NCBI GenBank assembly: GCA_043228905.1
Contig: JBHGNT010000013.1
Coordinates: forward strand, 18,228,001-18,292,000
Reading direction: 5' to 3'
Source of the DNA: Azolla caroliniana
Taxonomy: Eukaryota; Plantae; Polypodiophyta
DNA length: 64,000 nucleotides
Shown here: piece by piece, positions 24,982-34,700 of the stretch
Layout of the letters: every line of letters starts with the position of its first letter
How positions within the stretch are numbered: the stretch's first letter is position 1
Notes under the pieces: generated by a model
Seen by the model: only the letters and a program-made list of their open reading frames with translations
Told to the model about the DNA's origin: nothing
Databases searched by the model: none
Program-made: the position numbers and the translations under genes

Positions 24982-27069
24982 TGTCGAGGTATTCCTCGCG
25001 GATGCGTGGAATGAGGCGGGACCTCGGGGGTCTTGTACCAAAGAGCAAGAGAGAAAGGAGAAGGGAAGAGACCCGCTAGGTGCGAGCATGGATCCACAGG
25101 GACACGGCCCTTCGACACGAAGACGCGAGGGGGAAACCAACACAGAGAGACACGAAGGAATGTATGTATATATTAATAGAGACAAACAACAAAACACGGA
25201 AGCAACAAAAACACGAAGTCGGTTACAACCGAACAGGCCGACGAACAGATGCCGATGCCTGTTCGTAAACGCACAGAAAGACAGGAGTAGGTTGGAGGTG
25301 CTGCCGGAAGAACTCGGGCATTCCTCAGAGCAGTGCGAGCCTCCCGAAACCTGCACAGAAGGAAGCTATGGAGTTTGCGAACCAGAGAGAGAGAGAGAGA
25401 AGCCTTCGCACACAAACCGACAGCACTTTGTCCTCGACTCTCCGCGATCCCCTCCCCTTCTCGTCTCCCTCCTTTTATAGGCAAGGAAGGAGCCGTTTCC
25501 CCTCTACTTCCTACCCACTAAATCTACCTGCCTAGGATCTTCTATGGACAACATTCGAGAAGAGCCGGTTCCTACGCTCCTGTGCACCGATTCCGCTTGT
25601 GGACGGTTTTCTTCACGACATCGTGCCCATTGACCTTTAAAACGACTTCGCCATTTTGGGAAGAATCTTGCCAAACACTTCCACACATTTGATTTTGGTT
25701 TTTCACTCCAAATAAACAAATCAAAGTATTCCACAGCCCACTCTAGAAACTGATTCGCATCCCTCCTTGGCTGCATATATCTCACACTCATCAAGACTTT
25801 ATCAAGCTCCAAGATCAAGGCTCTTCTTTCGACTTCTAGTGGTTTAGGTTTCCATTCCTGAAACTGAGCCGTTGTTACACCATTTTCTGGTAGGATACGA
25901 TCAATCTCAATCAGCTCAGGTTCGGCCGACACAACTGGCGTCCTTTTCCTCTTTAAACCCCTAGTCGACTGTGTTGGGCCTGGCTTCACATTCTGGTGCT
26001 CTTGTTTTGTCGACTTAGTTATCAATCCTTGGATTACCTCGGTGCATGTAGCTATTGATCTGCTCGATATCAGTCCACTGGTATCACATGCTGCATCTAC
26101 CTGCAACACCAAGTCATCCGTGCTACATGCTTGATCAACTTGTGTGACCAGATCACTTGTGTCAGTTGCTACATCTACTTTCAAGATGGGGCCCTTTAAA
26201 CATGCCGCAACATCAACAGTATCCACACTGCCATTGGCCTTACGAGCAATAGAATCAAACCCTTTAGACTCTGCAACATCAGAAAACACCAACATATTCA
26301 CACTCACAAAGTAACTAATAGTCTCACAAAACAATATCCTGAACATCAAAGAGTTTCAGTCATAGAACAACACTCTTCAAATTATCTTGGAAAAACATCA
26401 TAGAGTTCCATTACATAATGTGGATCAAGCAACAACCAATTTGAGGTTTTACTTGTCCAACAGGATAGTAAAACTTCATAAAACCCTAGCAAAATCCCTA
26501 AGCTAACAATCATATCCAACTAAACAGTATTTCGCTCCACTACTTCTGGGCCCCTTGACCGAGTAACTGGTCTTGTTCACGATCGTGGCCCCTTCTTCAG
26601 CCTTTTTCTGGTTGGTTCCCCATTTAGGCTTGCTTCTTTCACCCAATGCGCAAGTGTGTCCTCCTCCGACAACCTTCCCATCGCCTCAACAGCTAATTGC
26701 ACATCAGCCGTTTCTTGAACTAGCTTTTCAAGTACAGAGGGATCTGTTTGGACATTTTCAGTAGTTGGGCTCGGTGGGGTGGAATCAAGGTCTTGAGACT
26801 CGAAGAAATGTTGCATCAAGTGTTCATAAACACTGTTATTGTGAACCTCAGTTTTACATGTTGTTTCCACTATTTCATGGCATTTCACATCGTTGCCTAA
26901 TTCAGTACACTGTTCCAAAAGAATAGGGTGGAGCTGATCTGAAGGAGATGTGATAGCAGGACTCTTACTTTCAGCCACGTTGGCAGTAGTATCCTCATCT
27001 GTTGCAGCGTCATCAGCACCAGACACATCATGTGCCGTCCTTAATCCACAAGTTTCTACAATAACATGA

Positions 27070-28125
27070 CAGCTATTTAGGATAGCTAATTAGCTACTTT
27101 ACTAAACTATGGTAGAAGCTAGGATAGCTAATTAGCTAGTACGATAGCTAATTAGCTAGTATGATAGCTAATTAGGATAGCTAATTAGCTAGTATGATAG
27201 CTAATTAGGTACTTTACTCAACTATGGTAGTAGTTAGGATAGCTAATTAGCTACTATGGTAGCTAATTAGCTACTTTACTCAACTATAGTAGTAGCTAGG
27301 ATAGCTAATTTAGCTACTTTACTCAACTATGGTAGTAGCTAGGATAGCTAATTAGCTACTTTACTAACTATGGTAGTAGCTAGGATAGCTAATTAGCTAC
27401 TTTACTAACTATGGTAGTAGCTAGCATAGCTAATTAGCTAGTAGGATAGCTAATTAGCTACAATGAAAGCTAATTAGCTACTTTCTCAACTATGTAGTAG
27501 CTAGGATAGCTTATTAGCTACTAGGATAGCTAATTAGCTGCCAGTAGCTAATTAGCTACTAGGATAGCTAATTAACTGCCAGTAGCTAATTAGCTACTAG
27601 GATAGCTTATTAGCTACTTTACACAACTATGGCAGTAGCTAATTAGCTACTATGATAGCTAATTAGCTACTATGATAGCTAATTAGCTAGTAGGATAGCT
27701 AATTAGTTGCCAGTAGCTAATTAGCTACTAGGATAGCTAATTCGCTAGTAGGATAGCTAATTAGTTGCCAATAGCTAATTAGCTACTAGGATAGCTAATT
27801 CGCTAGTAGGATAGCTAATTAGTTGCCAGTAGCTAATTAGCTACTAGGATAGCTAATTAGCTTTTTTACACAACTATGGTACAAGCTAATTAGCTTGTAC
27901 CATAGCTAATTAGCTACTAGGATAGCTAATTAGCTGCTAGTAGCTAATTAGCTACTAGGATAGCTTATTAGCTACTTTACACAACTATGGCAGTAGCTAA
28001 TTAGTTGCCAGTGGCTAATTAGCTAGTAGGATAGCTAATTAGCTTTTTTACACAACTATGGTACTAGCTAATTAGCTAGTACCATAGCTAATTAGCTACT
28101 AGGATAGCTAATTAGAAAAGACTAA
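27070..28125. repeat. Second intronic TAGCTAATTAGCTA satellite
   Basis: Fills intron 27056-28150 of the accessory gene. Splicing joins KLT-E-TCGLRTAHDVSGADD in frame. Confidence 0.95.
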
Positions 28126-29499
28126 GCTTATTAGCTACAGTATGGTATACCTGTTAGTTTTCTCCACTCATTTGGTAGAGCTGTACTGCAATCTCCCAAA
28201 CAGAATGCAGCAATTCGACAGGCATGTTGAAAACAAAGCAGATGGTATGTGTGGTTGCATGGTTGTAGGTGAACCAACAAAGACGCAGTTTTCTCCTCCA
28301 CACCTAACCCGCAAACGATGCAACGTGCTTGAACTGTCAATAAATCATTTTCTGGTTCTACTTCATTTGGTAAGGGAGCAAGAATGTTGAGGTCCAAATC
28401 CCGTCTGGTCCTTACCATTCCCTCCACAAAATGTAGCTGCTTCTTAAGGCAGCTAACTACCTATTCTTGATGAATGTATTGTTCCTTCAACGCAATAGAG
28501 AAATTTACCGATTAATTATTCTTGTTGTTGAAAGATACACCAACTTTGCTCAGGAATCGTTAACTTACTTGAAGCTTATCCAAATTGTAGTCTGCAACAG
28601 TATTCACACCTAGAAGGTCCAGGTTCATTGAAAGAACCTGGATCTCTATTTGCAGTTCTATTTTACGCTGGGGATCCAGTGGCCCCTCTAATTCAAGCTT
28701 CTGTTGCGCAACCTATTCCAGATAATGCTTGATTAGCACATTTTACCCGTTATTTATAACACAATCACATACCAACAAAACAATAGTTACCTGAATCTTA
28801 TTTCTAATTGTTGTAACAACGGAAGTAACTTTGCTCTCCATTGCAGAAGCCATTGTGGCTTTCTCTAAATCAGTCTTAAAAAATGCCAATGTCTCACAGG
28901 CTTCATGGACATTTTTTAGCATATAGCTAACCAATGTCTCACCTGTATCATCGACATTGGCTTTCTTTGGGTGTCGGTGTGGTGTATGCCCCCGGTCTTG
29001 CTGGGAGTCGGCAGTTGCATCAACAGCTGCCATGCTCCAAAATCTGTCTCTTTTTTGTGCCAAGGTCCCCATCTTTCGACATCTTTTTACCGATGCCTCA
29101 CCATAGACTGCCCAAGCTACCCTATACATTTCAGGGTCTCTGGATTCCTTCGTTGTTTTGCAGTACTCATATGCAAATGCTCTAGCAAATGATTGGGATC
29201 TCCTGATGAACTTTCTGGTGCAGTCTCATGCAGTCATCGTACAAGTCGGCTCGTACATGCTTCAACTTGACCTTGCCTTTGAGTCTAGGCACTGTATATA
29301 CTGTCATCCAGTCTACATCACTGATCAATTTATCACTTAGGACAACAGGGTCAACACCCTCGAGTGACAGACCATAGGTGTTGTGGAAGTCCTCCTTTGT
29401 CTCGCAAAATTTTGCGAAGTTTAGCACTCTCGTATACGGAGGAACGAGCCATCTGAAATATCATTTCAGAAATCAGAAATAGTGCAAAATCAGAATATG

Positions 29500-30032
29500 T
29501 GAGAATCAGAAACCCCAATCAACAACAACAAAAATGGTGCAAAATCTTTAACTTAGCAAATCAGAAACCCTAATCATAATTTGTATTCAGAAATTTGAAA
29601 TAAAAAACCCTAATCAAAATCTGTAATCAAAAGTTTGAAATCAGAAACCCCAATCAAAATCTGTAATCAGAAGTTTGTAGCTAGAAACCTTATTCAGAAA
29701 TTCTAATCAGAAATTTATAATCAAAAACCCTAATCAGAAATTTTAATCAGAAACCCTAATCAGAAATTTCAATCACAAACCCTAATCAGAAATCCTAAGC
29801 AGAAATTTATAAACAAAAACCCTATTAAGAAATTCTAATTTGTAATCAAATTTTGTACCCAGAAACCCTATTCAGAAATTCTAATCAGAAATTTATAATC
29901 AAAAACCCTAATCAGAAATTTCAATCAGAAACCCTAATAAGAAATTTCAATCACAAACCCTAATCAAAAATTCTAATCAAAAATTTATAAACAAAAACCC
30001 TAATCAGAAATTTCAATCAGAAACCCCAATCA
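29500..30032. repeat. Telobox-like AAACCCTAATCAGAAATT repeat array in intron 1 of the accessory gene
   Basis: About a dozen aaaccctaa(t)-like motifs alternating with cagaaatt spacers, inside intron 29453-30077. Confidence 0.85.
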
Positions 30033-30560
30033 TCACTAAAGACAGGATTAAACACAAAAAAAGTAATATAAACACACCTGTTGCTACTCCCCGATTTGCG
30101 AGACATCCTTGTATGGGACTCCAAGGACTCCGCCCTATTCGATTTTGGGGAAATATGAATCGGCACCAAAGTTCAGATAGTAGTCAAAAAGAAAAAACAA
30201 ATGTTTGGGGTTTCTATAACTGAAACATACCTGGACGATGATCGAGCGGGTTCTGTGTTGTAGCTCTCAATCTGCAATGTCGATTTTTTGTTGTTGCGGG
30301 AGCTACGTCTGCGTTCGTGCTCTGAGTACTCCATCTGCGTTCAAAATCAGACTTAGGCTAAACAGGAAATTGATGGCATTGAAGTCGACCTTAGATGATG
30401 GTGATATTCCCCAAGTTCCACTACGTCTGAAACAGAAGTTCAAATATTTGAGTTTTTTCATAAATTAGTTTTTCAAATATTTGATTTTCCCACAAAAAAG
30501 ACTAGCTAAACAAATAGCTAATTAGCTATGGCCATTTTAGTAGCTAATTAGCTATAATAG

Positions 30561-30585
30561 TGTTTCCACTCGCATGCTTTTACCC
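30561..30585 (-). repeat. Right terminal inverted repeat
   Basis: tgtttccactcgcatgcttttaccc. Confidence 0.92.
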
Positions 30586-30589
30586 AGCT

Positions 30590-30845
30590 GGATGGTGCAG
30601 ACCCGATGAGAACCGGATGAGGAGTACCCGGCTACGGAGAGCCGGATGGTGCAGACCCAGTGAGAACCGAATGAGGAGTACCCGGCTAAGGAGAGCTGGA
30701 TGGTGCAGACCCGGTGAGAACCGGATGAAGAGTACCCGGGTACGGAGAGCCGGATGGTGCAGACCCAGTGAGAACCGGATGAGGAGTACCCGGCTACAGA
30801 GAGCCGGATGGTGAAGACCCGGTGAGGAGTGCTCACCGGATGAAG
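30590..30845 (+). repeat. 54-bp tandem repeat in the U3 of the Copia solo LTR
   Basis: ggatggtgcagacccagtgagaaccggatgaggagtacccggctacggagagcc, 4-5 copies, with one more partial unit left of the Sola2 insertion. Confidence 0.9.
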
Positions 30846-31702
30846 AGACATATTCATAAATATGTTTTTTGAGAGTCCATCGTGGCTATATTTGTAAATA
30901 GCCGAAAAGTCATATTAGTATAAATATGACTTAGGGCAAACTTTTAGTAGAAGTAGTTGGCATTCTTGTTTGCGCGAGATTAGAGCGCGTAACAGTGTAC
31001 AGAGAGAGAGAGAGAGAGGAAGAGGTCGCTGCCTCTGTTGTAACCGTCGCCTGTGGCGAAGATCGTGAGCGCGAGGTCGTTGCCTCTGTGAGCTCACTGT
31101 TGTAATTATTGTGACATAGTGATAGTTAGCAGTCAGTGGACTACCGTGGTTTTTCCCTCTCAGGGTTTTCCACGTTAAACATCCTGTGTACTCTTCTCTC
31201 CCTTGTGTCGTGCTTTCATTTCCCGTTTTTTGTGTATGATTCTAAGCTCGGTTGTGGCCGAGCATTGCGTATACGGAGCGTGCAGTTCCTGTCACTCTCC
31301 ATCGTCTTCGGGGCGTGACCAACGATGGACGACGCGGTTCCGGTGGCCCACTTGACTCGCCTTCACCGGTCCCCCATTCTCATCTTGATGTATTAGCCTA
31401 TGGATATGTAATAGCCACCGGAATCGGGGCATGTAAACCGTCTTGTTGTAAAACTCTTGTAATATATATTCATGTTGGTGTATATCTACCTTCCTTGTAA
31501 CATATTTGAGTGGGGTCCATAGTCGCGGTGAACCGTTTGTGAAACCCTACATTCGTTGGAGCTGGAAGCCGATTTCGGACCGAAGCCCACAAAGCTTAAG
31601 GACTCCACCATCCGTCTCCCTAGTCCAAGACCCCCGCGGTCCCACCTAAGATCCTACACGTACTCGCGGAATATTGCGACAACGGATTCTCCAGCTTTGT
31701 CC

Positions 31703-34700
31703 TATCTGGCGGGGAACGGGTTAGGTGGCGTCAATCCCAGATAAGGTTTGAGGCGAAACCCATTCACTTTTTGACGTAACATTTCCTCGGCCAATGGGCC
31801 AAGTTGAAACGTGCCCTGTTCTGCTCCCACTATCCAGTATGGGCCTGTCTAGTGGAATCTTAATTTTCCTGGCATCTGCCCCATGCGTGTTTGGAAAACT
31901 AATAATGCTTTCCCAATCGTAAAGTCTTTTTCACGCGCATGCCGGTGTTGGTCCACGAATGCTTTTCTTCGCCGTTGTTCCTGCTCCAATATGGCCATAC
32001 TGCGTAACCTATTTTCTCCGAGTTCTAGCAGTTGTTCTAGCCGTACTTGTTCGGATTTGCCCTCTAGTAGGCGGGCTCGTACTTGAATCCACAAACTGGG
32101 TACCTGGAATTCGACTGGCATTACGGCCTCCAGACCAAATGCTAGCCTGAATGGCGTTGATTGTATGCTGGTTTTATAGCTGGTACGGTATGCCCATAGC
32201 GCGCTGTGCAATTTGGTATCCCAATCCATTCTTTTCTCATTGACTATCTTTTTGAGGATGGTTTGTAGGGTTTTGTTCGTTAATTCTGCCAAGCCATTTG
32301 CCTGAGGGTAATAGGACGTACTTTTTTTGTGAACCATAGCATAATGTTGAGTCAGTTCGCTGATGACCGTATTGAGAAAGTGACTCCCTTGGTCACTAAT
32401 GAGCTCAATAGGGCATCCGGAACGACATCAGATGTGTTCGTAAAGGAATTTCGCTGTGACTGTTGCGGTATTCTCGCGTAGTGGTTTTGTCATGAACAGT
32501 ACTGAGACAGAGAAGGAATTAGTACTAAACGAAGGATTAGTACTATGAGAGGTGTGCAATCGGGGACATATACACGCTTTTTAAAGAATAACAAACCATC
32601 ATGATATTCGAATTGTCGGTAGTCAATACCTGGTTGTTGAGACTGAGAACAGGATGCCCGAGAAGTATCAATGTGCGTCTGGATGTCTTGAGCAAAACTA
32701 TCCGTCTTCAAGGTTGCACGTATGTCATCGGTAATCCGTGAATCCATCGGGGTGTGAAAAATCCGCGTCGTGTGCAATCGTGTTGGTCCCAAGATTACTT
32801 GCTTTTGATTATCAAATGTTGCATCACCAGGACGAGGTGCAAGATATGAACGCCGTGATAGTTCATCTGCTTTTCCTTGCTGCTTCCCCGGTCGATATGC
32901 TGATACAATTTACAAAAGACGCTTTTCGGGCCAGAGTAAACCTCATGAAACAGTCAATCCACTCCGCGGAGTATATGCTGATTACGTACAAAGCTCCTCG
33001 GAGCAGACAAAACCTCATAAAGTCCTAAGATCATTCAAAAGTGTCAATGGTGGCATTGCTATTATAAGATCTCAGATCTCAGAAAGACGAAAGAATAATT
33101 CAAATTGTGACAAATTTCTTTATCGTAGATCACATGATAAAGAGAATAATTTACCTACCAAAGTCTATAGCTTATCGGCTTCCATTGACGACCTTGCATT
33201 CGGATTAGGATCACATATAATGAAGAGAATATACAATGGTGGCTAAAAGGCTTAAGACTGGCGTTGAACCAATTTGGTTCAAAACAATGCCTTGTGCCTC
33301 CTTTTATAGTGTTTTTAGGAATAATCCTGAAGCTTCTAGAATGTTCCAGAGAGATCTGGAATATACATCAATTTTCTATGATAAAGCATAAATGAAAATA
33401 ATATCCTACAAATTACAATTCATAGTCTAATGGTAAGAGCTCGACCCATGTAGCATAAGGTCATGGGTTCGAGTCTTGCCATATCATGACAGGTTTCGCT
33501 TCTACCCACTTGGTACAGTAATCCGTGGCCCTCAGGATGTACTTATTGCTTGTTCGAGTGGCCGCCGGGCTAAAAGGTCCCACAAAATCTAGCCCCCACT
33601 TTTGGAAAGGATCCAGTGGCAACATTGGTTGGTGTGGCATCCTCGCGACTTCCGTAGACTGGCCCAGTCGTTGACATAAATCGCACTGTCTGCAATATTC
33701 ATACACAACCCTTTGCGTCGTCGGCCACCAAAGTCCCGCTTGCCAGATTTTCCGGGCCGTAACATTGCTCGCGTAATGTCCTCCCGCCGTACCAAAGTGG
33801 GCTTCGCGGAGAACCGCGACCTTCTCATCTTGCCGTATTCCATGCCTCCAGATACCGTTACTGCCTTTGTGGTATAATATGTCTTCTACTAAACAGAAAT
33901 GTCAACTCCGCACGGCTGGTCGTTTTTTCTCATCTATCCGTAATTGGGGTGGTGATAATCCCGTGGTCAGGAAGTAGGTCATTTCCATTAGCCACCGATC
34001 CGGAAAAGTCTTTTCTGTTCGTTTCGCTAGAGTTGCTACCAGCAGAATGTCCGCATCCGGAAAGTCGTCGTCATCCTTCTGCGCCGTTTCTCCATTATCT
34101 AGTCTGCTCAAGAAATTTGCCACTACGTGTTGCGTACCCGGGCGATGCTGAATTACAAAGTCGAATTCTTGAAGCAGTAGCATCCATCTAGCCAATTTCC
34201 CCGTCAACGCTTGTTTCCCTACCAAAAATAGCGGTGTCGAATGATCCACGTGAAACATGAATTTCCACCCTAATAGATAATGCCAGAACTTATTGATGCT
34301 GTATATCATATCCAATGCCTCATGTCTCGTTGTGCAATAGTTACGATTAGCCGTTGACAATTTCCAACTAGCATAGTACACTGGCCGGTACCAATTCGGC
34401 TCCATGAACTGCATTAGCGCACTACCTATTGCTATGTCCGAGCCATCTACAAACACGTGGAATGGCTTCGCCCAAACTGGTGGCTGTACGACAGGTGCCT
34501 GTGTTAGCATTACCTTTAGCGCATCATATGCCTTCTCTTCCGTAGCTGTCCATTGGAAAGGAGTCCGATGAACAGTGGCATGTAACGGCGTGGCGAAGTC
34601 CGGCAAATACCATGAGTGCTTTCGCGTTTGTTGGTGTTTTCGCGTGAGTAATCGCGGAGATTTTATTCGGATCGACCACTATCCCTTCCCTACTGACTAT

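Larger units (their letters stand above)
16778..25620 (-). mobile_element. Compound fungal-like (Ylt1-type) Gypsy with three LTRs
   Basis: LTRs 16778-17430, 23131-23756 and 24982-25620. 4-bp TSD TCGT (16774-16777 and 25621-25624). PPT-like ggtgggggcgga at 17431-17442. gag, PR (LVDHGSEIN), RT (FLDDIP), RH and INT on the minus strand. Confidence 0.92.
16558..30106 (-). pseudogene. Multi-exon accessory gene of the Sola2 element: N-terminal domain, coiled segment, RING-H2 finger, 13-aa repeats, FCP1/NIF-like HAD fold
   Basis: Proposed exons 30106-30078, 29452-28791 (one frameshift near 29190), 28712-28569, 28460-28151, 27055-~26545, ~26270-25621 plus 16773-16558. The first four GT-AG junctions keep frame. 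RING: CIVC...CNHTYHLLC...CLGDC. NIF-like: ALILELDKVL...FLEWAVEYFDLFIWS...KRLSDFW...YNANNTLILD. Confidence 0.75.
11040..30585 (+). mobile_element. Sola2-type cut-and-paste DNA transposon (~10.7 kb without the nested Gypsy)
   Basis: 25-bp TIRs GGGT(G/A)AAAGCATGCGAGTGGAAACA, 24/25 identical. 4-bp TSD AGCT (11036-11039 and 30586-30589). The empty site restores the host LTR repeat gagagctggatgg, seen intact at 30691. DDD transposase inside. Confidence 0.88.
10935..31294 (+). mobile_element. Copia solo LTR (~810 bp: 10935-11039 plus 30590-31294), split by the Sola2 transposon
   Basis: Starts TGTTGGGAG, ends cctgtCA, TSD CTCTC (10930-10934 and 31295-31299). Similar to the LTRs at 44349 and 62325-62949. 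Confidence 0.85.

Noticed and set aside
16746-25521. Many overlapping 100-300 aa plus-strand ORFs
   Set aside because: Antisense shadows of GC-rich Gypsy coding and LTR sequence with no recognisable motifs.
29500-30032. Interstitial telomere
   Set aside because: Motifs are single and separated by spacers, not (TTTAGGG)n runs.
33421-33482. Functional tRNA gene
   Set aside because: Only A/B boxes and a T-arm-like part are present, with no convincing cloverleaf.
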